Source: a virus. From it: a stretch of DNA of 64,000 nt. The position numbers were made by a program, and so were the translations under genes. Of the stretch, positions 37,902-46,506 are shown piece after piece. Numbering within the stretch: the first letter of the stretch is position 1; each line of letters starts with the position of its first letter. The stretch covers positions 21,036-85,035 of IMG/VR virus record IMGVR_UViG_3300010399_000035; one strand, given 5' to 3'. The notes below the pieces were generated by a model that was not told where the DNA came from, ran no database searches, and was given only the letters and a program-made list of their open reading frames with translations.

Positions 37902-38848
37902 TGTGGCTCGCTTGGCTGGCTATGGTGGTAGCGGAGGGCTTGTTGGATGAAGTCATGGACGTGGTCCGCTAGATTCACGGATTTAAGGAACTGAACTTCT
38001 TTCAACTCTAGACAGTTAAGGCTGCCTGGGTGGTTTCGTTCCGCCTCGCGGAGGGAGTCATACGGTACGACTGTGTAGAACAAGTGGATTTGGTATTGGG
38101 TTGGTTGGGTTTGGTCGGGTTGATACGCTGGGAATGCAGAGTAGTAAGTCCAATCATCGTAGCTGGTAGAAAGGCCGGTCGTGGCTTCGAAGACCTCGGC
38201 CATAGCGTGGTTGAACGAGTAGGCTGGATCGGTTTGGGTGGTTTGGGTGGTTTGGGTGGGCGGGTAGAGAGTACCTACCCCGCTCCACAGATGATCATCG
38301 TTAAGCGGAGGTAGGGTTAGCTTGTCGGACTCGCGCAGGAGTACGCGTTTGAAGTCGGGCGTGAAGGCGAAGCCAAGTACGTAGTCGGTGTGGGATTGGG
38401 ATGGTGTGAGCGGATGGTTATCTAACAAAGTTATGAATTGGTCCGCCATTGCCACTGCTCTGGATAGGGCCGCTTGTTGGTCGGTGTCGGTGTTGCGAAT
38501 GAAGTGGGTGGCGAACTTCAGAGCTATCTGGTCGCGGCGGGATAGTTGAGTAGGCGCGGCCCAAGCGGATATGGCTGTGAGTTCGCTATCGTTATTAGTA
38601 ATTGGGGTGAGTGTGGGTTGAGTGAATGGGTTCGGTTCGGAGCGGGGCGGAGTGTATGGTGCTTCGGGATCGGTAGAGGCGTTGGCTTCCAATAGCGATA
38701 GATAGTCTAGGAAGCCAGCGTAGTCGAAGGTTAAGTATTCCTCCTTGCCTAGTTCGTGAGAGCGAACTCTACCTTCGTGGATGGTGGCGCGGAGACCTAG
38801 TGCGGTGGCACGGTCGAGGGTTACTTGTTCGTTGGTAGTTGGTTCCAT
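37898..38848 (-). CDS. Protein with degenerate Nudix-like C-terminal domain
   Basis: YVLGFAFTPDFKRVLL...AMAEVFEATTGL resembles a Nudix fold with an eroded box. Confidence 0.45.
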   Translation of the reverse strand: MEPTTNEQVTLDRATALGLRATIHEGRVRSHELGKEEYLTFDYAGFLDYLSLLEANASTDPEAPYTPPRSEPNPFTQPTLTPITNNDSELTAISAWAAPTQLSRRDQIALKFATHFIRNTDTDQQAALSRAVAMADQFITLLDNHPLTPSQSHTDYVLGFAFTPDFKRVLLRESDKLTLPPLNDDHLWSGVGTLYPPTQTTQTTQTDPAYSFNHAMAEVFEATTGLSTSYDDWTYYSAFPAYQPDQTQPTQYQIHLFYTVVPYDSLREAERNHPGSLNCLELKEVQFLKSVNLADHVHDFIQQALRYHHSQPSEPQ

Positions 38849-38959
38849 GGTATTTTTAGGGTCGTCCTCTGGGAGAGATCCTCCGCGTTCGAGCCTTTCG
38901 CGTTAGTAGTTAGTGTTGATTTGGCGAGTTTGCATAGGAGCATTCGGTGGGTGGGCTCA

Positions 38960-39424
38960 TCATGGTTGTTTGAATCGGTTCCAATTATGTATAGCTGTCG
39001 CGTTCGTGTAGCATTCGGGGCCACGCGCTGCGCACCGAGGGCAGCGAACGTAGAGGATTGGTTTGTAGGTTGGGTGGGTATTTTCACGTTGGACGGCAGG
39101 AAGTGTTTTGTCGTCTTGGCAGAATGGGCAAGCGGAGATTGTGGGTAGTTCGGGTGTTGGTTCTGTGGTATTGGTATTGGTATTGGTATTGGTATTGGTA
39201 TTGGTATTGGTGGTGGGTTTATATATTGCTTGGAAGTAGACTGGTGGGTATGGATCTCCGGGGCGGGCTTCGTTCGGGTTGGGCTGAATAATGGCAATGC
39301 CGCCGATGGGTTGCCAGCCGGTGTTGTGGGTGGCTTGGGCGACTTGCTGGCATAGCTCATAGCAGCCGTCAGCGGAGATGATGCGATAGTTGATATCGTC
39401 TGGTATTTGAATTGGTGGGTTCAT
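38960..39424 (-). CDS. DUF1737-like + Lar-like Zn-finger fusion
   Basis: GWQPIGGIAI in the N-terminal part; ACPFC...VRCPRCAARGP...AIHNWN in the C-terminal part. Confidence 0.55.
   Translation of the reverse strand: MNPPIQIPDDINYRIISADGCYELCQQVAQATHNTGWQPIGGIAIIQPNPNEARPGDPYPPVYFQAIYKPTTNTNTNTNTNTNTNTTEPTPELPTISACPFCQDDKTLPAVQRENTHPTYKPILYVRCPRCAARGPECYTNATAIHNWNRFKQP
39166..39207. repeat. (TGGTAT)7 microsatellite encoding a Thr-Asn linker
   Basis: Seven perfect units read directly. Confidence 0.95.
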
Positions 39425-39426
39425 TA

Positions 39427-39999
39427 TTATTGTTCGCTTGGTGGACGCACTCGGACCACCCGCCTCGGTTTCGGTTGGTATTCGATCATTCGCTTGAGTT
39501 CTATGTCTACTTCAATCGCGCGGGGATCGTCCGGAGGGTAGCAGTCAAGCTTCACAAGTAGCTTGTAGAGTTCGAGGATATAGGCTAAGTTGGGAATGGT
39601 GGGATCGCATAGATTGATAAGAATGGAACGAGCGGTTTCGATTCGCCTGGCACGGTGGCGAGCTTGAGTCTGGGGATTGGTGAAGGTGGCGGTGAAGTCT
39701 ATGGTTGGTGGTGGCGGTTCGTAGGTGGGCGTGGGCTGGTCGGTGGAATCTGTGGGTTGGGTTTGGTATAGTTTGGTGACCTCTTCTAGCTCGGTGTAGA
39801 TGTCGTCGAGAGCGGGGTCTTCCTCGTCCAATGCTTCTATCTTACCTAGCAGATAAAGCATCCGATAGACGGACTTAACCTTGGTAGTATCGGGTAGGGT
39901 GGGGTCCGCTAAGATTTCGCGTAGATTGTTTACGGATTCAGCCCGTTGTATTTCCTTAGCAGTTGGTGGTTGGTTGGGTAGAAACTTATTCAGGTTCAT
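39427..39999 (-). CDS. Hypothetical protein with internal duplication
   Basis: LADPTLP...YRMLYLL and LCDPTIP...YKLLVKL look like two repeats. Confidence 0.55.
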   Translation of the reverse strand: MNLNKFLPNQPPTAKEIQRAESVNNLREILADPTLPDTTKVKSVYRMLYLLGKIEALDEEDPALDDIYTELEEVTKLYQTQPTDSTDQPTPTYEPPPPTIDFTATFTNPQTQARHRARRIETARSILINLCDPTIPNLAYILELYKLLVKLDCYPPDDPRAIEVDIELKRMIEYQPKPRRVVRVRPPSEQ

Positions 40000-40372
40000 T
40001 CTCGGTACTCTCCTGTGGTGGTCTCTTTGGAGGATTTTCGTATGGGAATGCAGCTTCTAGACGTTCGTTATCTTCGATGTACTTGGCGCGGCGGATAGCG
40101 GTTTGGTAGGCTTTACACTGTTTGCGCAGATTATACTCAACTATTGCAACGGCTTTCTTGTGGCAGTTCTCGCAAACCATCCGCTGCTTAGTCATGTAGC
40201 GATCGTTTATGTGGTCATGCTGGGAGTTGATTCGCTGAACATATTCGGTGATGTAGCAGAAGTTATACGATCCGCAGTAGTGGCAGCAGAGGAGCTCGCT
40301 GAGTTTCCTGCCCACTTCAGCTTCGCCTTCCAGTGTGACGTCGGCGACAGGCAAGTGGATATCGTTAGGCAT
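39986..40372 (-). CDS. Hypothetical Zn-ribbon protein
   Basis: CHYC and CENC. Confidence 0.55.
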   Translation of the reverse strand: MPNDIHLPVADVTLEGEAEVGRKLSELLCCHYCGSYNFCYITEYVQRINSQHDHINDRYMTKQRMVCENCHKKAVAIVEYNLRKQCKAYQTAIRRAKYIEDNERLEAAFPYENPPKRPPQESTENEPE

Positions 40373-40415
40373 CTTATGATTTACCGAATTATAGGCTCTA
40401 GAAGTTGTATGAATT

Positions 40416-40889
40416 CTACTGTGGTTTTGTTCGGTTCTTGTAGGCTTTCATCAGGTCGTTGAATAGTTCAAGGAAAAATTCAGCGTGCATGGTGGGGTCC
40501 ACTTCTAGGAATAGTAGCTTGAGACGTTCGAGGGTTTCCGTGTGGCTATCGGTGGCTGCTAAATCTGGGTTCCGTAGCGCGTTATATAAGGAGAGCGGGC
40601 GGATCTGCGTGATGGGCTTGGCCCAACCGGAGCGCTTGCCTTGTTTGATTGCGCGTGGCGTGGCGGGCTTGCCGTAGACGATATCTCCTGGTTCGGCGTC
40701 GCAAAGCGGATACTCCAGCGCCAGCGTATGATCCTCGAGCAGCTGACGTGGCGAGCGATGCTCCGCTCGTTGCCCGCGTAGGAAGGCACATTCGCGCGAC
40801 ACCACAGTATATACGTGTCGATTTGGCGCTCCGCCCAAAGTCAGGTACCCGAGGTACACGTAATATTTGCTTTGCAATTCGCCCTCCAC
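40416..40889 (-). CDS. Hypothetical protein
   Basis: First ORF left of the non-coding axis, directly after a promoter-like GGCATAAT at 40895-40902. Confidence 0.45.
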   Translation of the reverse strand: MEGELQSKYYVYLGYLTLGGAPNRHVYTVVSRECAFLRGQRAEHRSPRQLLEDHTLALEYPLCDAEPGDIVYGKPATPRAIKQGKRSGWAKPITQIRPLSLYNALRNPDLAATDSHTETLERLKLLFLEVDPTMHAEFFLELFNDLMKAYKNRTKPQ

Positions 40890-40983
40890 CAGAAATTATG
40901 CCTCAATCTGAAGCGGCTGCGGGGCCTGTGAGAAAATAAATTGGAGGTTATTTTCGTACCACAATTCGACAGCGTCAAGTTTT

Positions 40984-41755
40984 GGCCCATCTTCTGGGCA
41001 GGATTTCCGCTGTGGTGGGCCGCGTGGCAGGCGAAAACAGGGTACGGACATGGACTCGTCCGTAACTTAAGACTGACTGGGCTTAAAGCTGGGTTGGCTC
41101 ATTTTGAGTGCTCCGGTTTTAATCGGCCTCGCCAAAATACGACCAAACCTTATTAAAACGGTGTTTCAAAGGGGCGAGACGAAGGACTGAAAATCGCCCC
41201 TCTCGCAGGGCTGTGTCACCGTTTTAAAGATTTCTGTTCGGAGTTCGAGCAAATCTGCGAGTATCCTGGATTAAGGTCTAGAAACGGTCACCCCAGAAGT
41301 TGGGACAGCGCACAGAAAATGTGCGTTTTTGGGCTCATCTGCGGATTTTGTAGATGGCTCAAATTCCACCGTTTTGGTTTTTGTATTTGGCAATTATTTA
41401 CTTAAATTGACCATATATTAAAATATGATATTACTTAAAAATATCATGACAAAAAGCAAAAAGCGCATGACGAACGATACCCACCCATCCAGCAGTCGCA
41501 AGCGAACTCCCTGTCGCCGTTACCATAAGACGGACCAGGCGAAAACAGGGCTGGCCCGGTTCGGGGGCACCCTCGCCGCCCAACGCATCCGATGGCTGTC
41601 CCAACTTTCAAGGTGACCGTTTCTAGAGTTCGACCTTTTCAGCGAGAAAAACGGAATTCCGCACAAATCCGCCAAAACCGCCCACTTCGCGCCGCGCCCA
41701 ACCCGCCACCACTCGCTAACTATCAACGCGGAGGATCTCTCCCAGAAGATAGGCC
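40984..41755. other. Symmetric non-coding region: putative replication origin or genome-end junction
   Basis: 33-bp inverted repeats at 41277-41309 and 41595-41627 around an AT-rich core (~41390-41460); 15-bp direct repeat at 41028 and 41536; flanked by divergent motif A copies. Confidence 0.55.
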
Positions 41756-41791
41756 AAAAGAAAACCCCAGCAGTGTGTAGCTGCTGGGGTT
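41756..41791 (-). terminator. Intrinsic terminator of the leftward early genes
   Basis: AACCCCAGCAG / CTGCTGGGGTT stem with a U-rich tail on the minus strand. Confidence 0.75.
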
Positions 41792-41810
41792 GCTCCAAAC
41801 TACCACGACT

Positions 41811-42188
41811 TCATAGACGATCCAACAGCCCACCTAACAGATGCACCATCATCGCGGCAGCTGCAGCCTCACGGAAGTGGGCCACTTGCCAGCCATCGCC
41901 GTTGTGGGAGATGGAGCCGGTGTGCAACCCGAGCAACTTGTTTAGGGCGTAGTCGTAGTCGCGCTGGACGGACTCCTTCAACTTGTCCTGCTCCGGATAC
42001 TGCAGCGCGATTTCGGTGGAGCGAATGTAGCTCAGCTTCGCCTTGGCGATGATCCAAGCTTCGGTGTACATCTCCAACGACTCGGCGCTGGTGTAGCGAT
42101 TTGGCACGACTTCGCACACAGCTTCCTTCGCGGACACTTCCGCTTGGTGCAACGCTTCTACGACTTCGGCCACGGACTCTAACTTCAT
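41811..42188 (-). CDS. Hypothetical early protein
   Basis: AAGGAG RBS before MKLES. Confidence 0.6.
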   Translation of the reverse strand: MKLESVAEVVEALHQAEVSAKEAVCEVVPNRYTSAESLEMYTEAWIIAKAKLSYIRSTEIALQYPEQDKLKESVQRDYDYALNKLLGLHTGSISHNGDGWQVAHFREAAAAAMMVHLLGGLLDRL

Positions 42189-42353
42189 GATGTCTCCTTT
42201 GTTTTCGCTGTCGGTTTCAGGTCGGGATTCCGCCCCAAGGCCGGTTTGGGGCACTGGGGCGGAAGCGGGTAAAAGTGGGGGCTAAAGGGGCGCTGAGTGT
42301 CCGGAGCGGCCAAGTCAAGTTGGGTCGCTCCCGCACGGATTGCACGCCACCGA

Positions 42354-42545
42354 TCAGAACTCGTCGTCCTCGTCGGACGGCGGCAAGACTACGACGGTCT
42401 TATACCACTTAAAGGTCTTGGTACCGTCGGCATGGTGCACGATGATGTCTTTGCCGACCCGCTCCACCTTGGTCGCCTTCACGGTCCGACGGTTGGATAT
42501 CAGGACCTCCATCCCGCGAACGATTTCGTATGCTTGGACTTCCAT
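42354..42545 (-). CDS. Small hypothetical early protein
   Basis: GGAGG RBS; downstream of a family B promoter. Confidence 0.65.
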   Translation of the reverse strand: MEVQAYEIVRGMEVLISNRRTVKATKVERVGKDIIVHHADGTKTFKWYKTVVVLPPSDEDDEF

Positions 42546-42584
42546 TGCTTGCCTCCGTTGGGCCTGTCGCCCTTACCATTAATA

Positions 42585-42640
42585 ATTATAACCGATCGGT
42601 ACAGGTTTGGGGGCCTTTTTAGAAAGTATTTTCGAAAATA
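42585..42640 (-). promoter_or_regulatory. Promoter family B copy (best consensus)
   Basis: Minus strand AAAAAGGCCCCCAAACCTGTACCGATCGGTTATAAT. Confidence 0.75.
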
Positions 42641-43119
42641 CTTTCTGGCCGCTACCCGCCTAGGGCCTGTAGAAGGTGTCGCTGTTGAAAACTTCGTCTG
42701 TAGTGGGTCTATATTGCGCGTTCGCGGGGCGGGCGGAGCCTTGGGGCTGAAGGCGGGCAAACGGCCCTAGAAATGGCGCTGAGCGCGAAGAGCGGGGTAT
42801 TTGGGGGTGTGGGGCGGGCGAATGGATGGTCCAAGCCACGCGGCGACCAAACATCGCACGAGGTAGGTGGACACCACCACGGCGATTGGGCCACACCAAG
42901 ATGATTCGCTAATTTCCAAGCGTGGTCAGCGGAGGTATCTCTCCCAGCAGATGGGCCTAAAGACGAATGCCCTACCAAACCACTTCGGGGTTGCCAAGTT
43001 CCGGTGCGCTGTATGGGAACTTCGCGGAAGGCGTCTTAAGCTGGCTGGCCACTTCGGGGTTGGTGAATGGGGTAACGAAATACCCCGCCAGTTTGCGCTG
43101 GCGGGGTATGGGGAGCGAA

Positions 43120-43548
43120 CTACAATGCAGCCAGTTCGGCTTCGATTTCGGCCAGTCGAGCACGGAGTTCGGTTGCCTCAGCTTCCAAGGCTTCGCGCTT
43201 GGTATCGGGCGCGGTTTGTGCAGCGAAGTATTCGTCGATCAGTTTCCACAACTGCACTGCCCAGTCATTGTCCTGTACCCAGACGATAGTTTCTACGGAC
43301 GAGTCGGTGTGAAGCACGACGAGAGTGTAAGTTTTAACTTGGTTCTTGCGCGAGCCGCCGATATCGCAGACCAGATATAGACCAGGTTGCAGCGGCTGCA
43401 GTCCCTCGCCTACGAAATCTCCGAGCAAGGAGTACCCGTTGTTCTTGGTCTTGTCGAGGCCGGTGACGGATTTCATCCAGCCACCGTTGTAGCGGGTTGC
43501 ACTGATTTCCTTGGGGATGTTCACGACAATTGGTTCCATTTGCTGCAC
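43120..43548 (-). CDS. Hypothetical early protein with C-terminal coiled coil
   Basis: AGGAG RBS; own promoter. Confidence 0.65.
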   Translation of the reverse strand: MQQMEPIVVNIPKEISATRYNGGWMKSVTGLDKTKNNGYSLLGDFVGEGLQPLQPGLYLVCDIGGSRKNQVKTYTLVVLHTDSSVETIVWVQDNDWAVQLWKLIDEYFAAQTAPDTKREALEAEATELRARLAEIEAELAAL

Positions 43549-43580
43549 GCTCCTGTTGGTTTTAACGACTTACAAGATAC

Positions 43581-43640
43581 ATTATAACTGATCGGTAGAG
43601 GTTTGAGTAGGTTTTCAGAAAATATTTTCGAAATTATTTT
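43581..43640 (-). promoter_or_regulatory. Promoter family B copy
   Basis: Minus strand CTCAAACC...CCGATCAGTTATAAT. Confidence 0.75.
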
Positions 43641-43644
43641 TACG

Positions 43645-43677
43645 AAAATACCAGCCCACCTTGCGGTGGGCTGGTAT
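43645..43677 (-). terminator. Intrinsic terminator
   Basis: ATACCAGCCCACC / GGTGGGCTGGTAT stem followed by TTT on the minus strand. Confidence 0.75.
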
Positions 43678-43700
43678 CTGAGCTCAGCAGTTTGGTTGGC

Positions 43701-44699
43701 TTAGCCCTCGGCGGGCGCTTCCGGTGTCTCAGCAATTTCGGCAGGGACTTCGGGAGCGTTCTCTGGCGTCGCCTGCTTGTCCTTCGGGGCGTTCAGCTTC
43801 AGCGAGTAGTCATACGGATGACCACCCTGGTCCACGAATAGTAGGGCTTTGGCGTGGGCTTCCTCGGCCATGGCAACCCGTTCGCGAGCGGACTTGACCT
43901 TCTTCGCGGCGATGGGGCTGAAGGGATGGATGCGCTGGTCCATCAGTGCCCAGTTCAACGAAGCGGTGGCGTTCTCTACGCGGGCCTGGGCGAGCTCGAC
44001 CACGGTTGGCTTGGGGCCGATACCTTCCGCTTTGGGGCCGAACTTCGCGGCGAACTTCTCTTCGCGGAGGCGAAGCTTCTCTTCACGGATCGCTGCCAAC
44101 TCCTCAGGCGACTTCGTGGGCTTGGGCGTACGCGGCTGCTTGGGCTCACGCGGCTGACGCACCTTCGTGTTCTGCACTTCCACGTAGATGGCGTGGGCTT
44201 CGCGGCCCTTGTCGGTGAGCGTGACTTCGTTGGTGGCATGGTCCACTTCAATCAGCTTGCGGTTGCCCAGCGAGCCGATGATGGCCACGGCGGTCAGCGC
44301 ATCGCCGAACTCGCGGGTAACGTTCTGCAACTGAATGGACGGGTTGTCCTGCACGATCGTCAAGATCTTGAAGTCGCGGGTGCTGATGGTTGGCTGCTTG
44401 CGTTCCTGGCGGGTGGGGTCGCCGTCCGCTCCAGGCTTCGGGGCAGAATCGGTACCTTCGCCAGTGACGGGTGTGGCGGCTTCTGGGCTGGTGGCCTCGG
44501 GTTGGGTGTCGGTACCCAGATGGCCGTTCAGGGCAGCCTCGGCCTCGGCGCGGGACTTGAACGTGGAGCCGATGACGGTTTCGCCATGGCTGGCGGTCCA
44601 GGTCTTGCGGTCCTTGTTCACCGCGACGCGGACGTCGGTGCCTTCGTGGGTGCCAGCATAAATATGCTTCCCTTCGGCCAGTTTGCTCAGCGTGATCAT
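43701..44699 (-). CDS. DNA-binding protein with central MarR-like winged helix
   Basis: DFKILTIVQDNP...IIGSLGNRKLIEV...VTLTDKGRE; AAGGAGG RBS. Confidence 0.6.
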   Translation of the reverse strand: MITLSKLAEGKHIYAGTHEGTDVRVAVNKDRKTWTASHGETVIGSTFKSRAEAEAALNGHLGTDTQPEATSPEAATPVTGEGTDSAPKPGADGDPTRQERKQPTISTRDFKILTIVQDNPSIQLQNVTREFGDALTAVAIIGSLGNRKLIEVDHATNEVTLTDKGREAHAIYVEVQNTKVRQPREPKQPRTPKPTKSPEELAAIREEKLRLREEKFAAKFGPKAEGIGPKPTVVELAQARVENATASLNWALMDQRIHPFSPIAAKKVKSARERVAMAEEAHAKALLFVDQGGHPYDYSLKLNAPKDKQATPENAPEVPAEIAETPEAPAEG

Positions 44700-44793
44700 T
44701 GTGCCCTCCTTGGGCTGGATGCGACGCGGGCCACTGGGATGGATTTGTGGCCCGCTTTGGGTTGGACGACTAAACTTTGCGGCAACAGACTAA

Positions 44794-44860
44794 ATTATGC
44801 CTGATTTGTTCAGGTTTGAGTGGGTCAAGGTAGGTAGATGGATGAGTATTTTCGAATAAT
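44794..44860 (-). promoter_or_regulatory. Promoter family B copy
   Basis: Minus strand CTCAAACC...ATCAGGCATAAT. Confidence 0.6.
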
Positions 44861-44893
44861 ACCAAAGTATTTTTCGTACCCTCCTCAGCATAC

Positions 44894-45280
44894 CTACCTA
44901 TATGAGTCGGGGCCGAGATCGGTGTCGGACTCCGTCGCCATTTGCTGGAACTTCGCGGGCACGGAGCAGATCTCGGTGACGGAGTCGCCCACCTGCAGGC
45001 GGAGCGAGAAGTGGAGCGTGCCATCGTTGGGAATCAAGAAGCGGAGTTCGGGGCGCATGATTACGATTTCCATCCACGTGAAGCAGCTGGTGGATAGGGA
45101 GTTCTCTGATTCTCGATAGGTGCGGACGTCGAACTTCGCTGCAGCCATCCGACAGGCATCATCGTAGTCGTGGCCTTGTGCAGCCAATTCGCGGGCTCTG
45201 GTCACCTGAGGCTTGGTCAGTCCATGCTGCCGCTCCACAGCGGCGCGAAACACAGGCGGCTCAATTGTGATTTGGTTCAT
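44894..45280 (-). CDS. Hypothetical protein
   Basis: 128 aa ORF. Confidence 0.5.
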   Translation of the reverse strand: MNQITIEPPVFRAAVERQHGLTKPQVTRARELAAQGHDYDDACRMAAAKFDVRTYRESENSLSTSCFTWMEIVIMRPELRFLIPNDGTLHFSLRLQVGDSVTEICSVPAKFQQMATESDTDLGPDSYR

Positions 45281-45320
45281 GGTATGCGGAGCATCCTCTC
45301 CAGAAGACGGGCCTAAAAAA

Positions 45321-45551
45321 TCAAGGCTTCATCCCGACCAGCTGATCCTTTTCGTTCAGCGACATTTGCGAGTAGTAGCCGGAAGTGATGCGCAGCCATC
45401 CGGTGCCGTGCTTCACTTCGTTGCGGGCCGCGACCTTGGATAGCTTCATCCGGCGGACGGAACCGCTGCGGTCGATCTTCTGGTAGTGGCCGAAGCGGTC
45501 CTTCTTGTAGTCGTGGCGGACGCACCACGCTTCGAATTCGGAGCGGTTCAT
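45321..45551 (-). CDS. Small basic protein (paralog of 53878-54105)
   Basis: AAGGAG RBS; similarity seen by eye. Confidence 0.6.
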   Translation of the reverse strand: MNRSEFEAWCVRHDYKKDRFGHYQKIDRSGSVRRMKLSKVAARNEVKHGTGWLRITSGYYSQMSLNEKDQLVGMKP

Positions 45552-45718
45552 TTCGACTCCTTGGGGCAGGTGCAAGGCTTGGAGGTCCAGCCGTGGATCT
45601 TCCGGTTGGGGCACCAGTAGGCCCACTTTGTGTAGAGGGCCTTGGGCTCCAGCATCGTGCCATTGCAGTTCTCGATGCGTGTCTTGTGGTGCTTGTACAC
45701 GTTTCCGTGGCTGCTCAT
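45548..45718 (-). CDS. Small hypothetical protein
   Basis: AAGGAG RBS before MSSHG. Confidence 0.5.
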   Translation of the reverse strand: MSSHGNVYKHHKTRIENCNGTMLEPKALYTKWAYWCPNRKIHGWTSKPCTCPKESK

Positions 45719-45803
45719 ACGAACTCCTTTTAACGTCTTTAGCGTTGCCTGGGCTTGGAACCAGGACTGCCGCATTACGGCCCGGAGGGGCCGTCCTCTG
45801 CGA

Positions 45804-46022
45804 TTAGAAGGAATCGTCTTCCACATCGTCGGCGAACTCCGCGAAGGCCAGTTCCTGCGCCTCGATGTAGGCATCAAAGGCGGCTTCGTTGGCGTCCGCT
45901 TCAGCATTGAGCCGCGCATACTCCTGGCTTTCCATATCCATGCAATACGCCTCGTGGGCACGCTCGGCGCGGAGGTTCTCGACTTCCTGGCTGTAGGCTT
46001 CGCGGTTCAATGGTTGGCTCAT
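45804..46022 (-). CDS. Small acidic protein
   Basis: AGGAG RBS; very Asp/Glu-rich, possibly a DNA mimic. Confidence 0.6.
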   Translation of the reverse strand: MSQPLNREAYSQEVENLRAERAHEAYCMDMESQEYARLNAEADANEAAFDAYIEAQELAFAEFADDVEDDSF

Positions 46023-46061
46023 GGTGTCTCCTGAAAACGTTGGAATTGCCCGACACCTTAT

Positions 46062-46120
46062 ATTATGCCTGATCGGTACCCGTTTGAGTGGCTTTTTCAG
46101 GAAAATTATTAATTATTTTT
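46062..46120 (-). promoter_or_regulatory. Promoter family B copy
   Basis: Minus strand CTCAAAC...CCGATCAGGCATAAT. Confidence 0.7.
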
Positions 46121-46262
46121 CTGGCCACTCCCGCCCGCCTGTGGAGCAGGTACTCATCGATGTTCGGTAGGAGCTCCGCACCCAGCAGCCCGACAAGGTC
46201 TAGGCGCAATCGCTGTTCGCTATCTGCTGGTCGCGGAGAAACCTCTCCCAGAAGATGGGCGT

Positions 46263-46505
46263 TCATGATTCCTCCAAATCCTTCATGATGCGGTCCAGGT
46301 CCAGCTTGCTCAGGTCCTCCGCTTGGAGCAGATGGCGGACGGCGGAGAACTCCTTGCGTCTAGCGAACTGAGTCAGGGTCTCGGCGAAACCCATTAAACT
46401 ATTTGGGTTGGGTCCGGAGACTATACGAATCCGATCCTTGGTCGAGAACTCGTAGATTAGGGCGAAGAAGGTGCTGTTGCTACTCAGGTTGCTTACGATG
46501 AACAT
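46263..46505 (-). CDS. Hypothetical protein
   Basis: Operon packing. Confidence 0.5.
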   Translation of the reverse strand: MFIVSNLSSNSTFFALIYEFSTKDRIRIVSGPNPNSLMGFAETLTQFARRKEFSAVRHLLQAEDLSKLDLDRIMKDLEES

Positions 46506-46506
46506 A

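Noticed and set aside
40941-41798. Short ORFs in the 41-kb hub
   Set aside because: No convincing RBS or motifs; the region is explained better by its repeats and symmetry.
43854-44804. 316-aa plus-strand ORF and similar antisense ORFs (24772-25539, 21486-22316, 49599-50426, 7063-7974)
   Set aside because: Shadow frames opposite well-supported genes, with no recognisable motifs.
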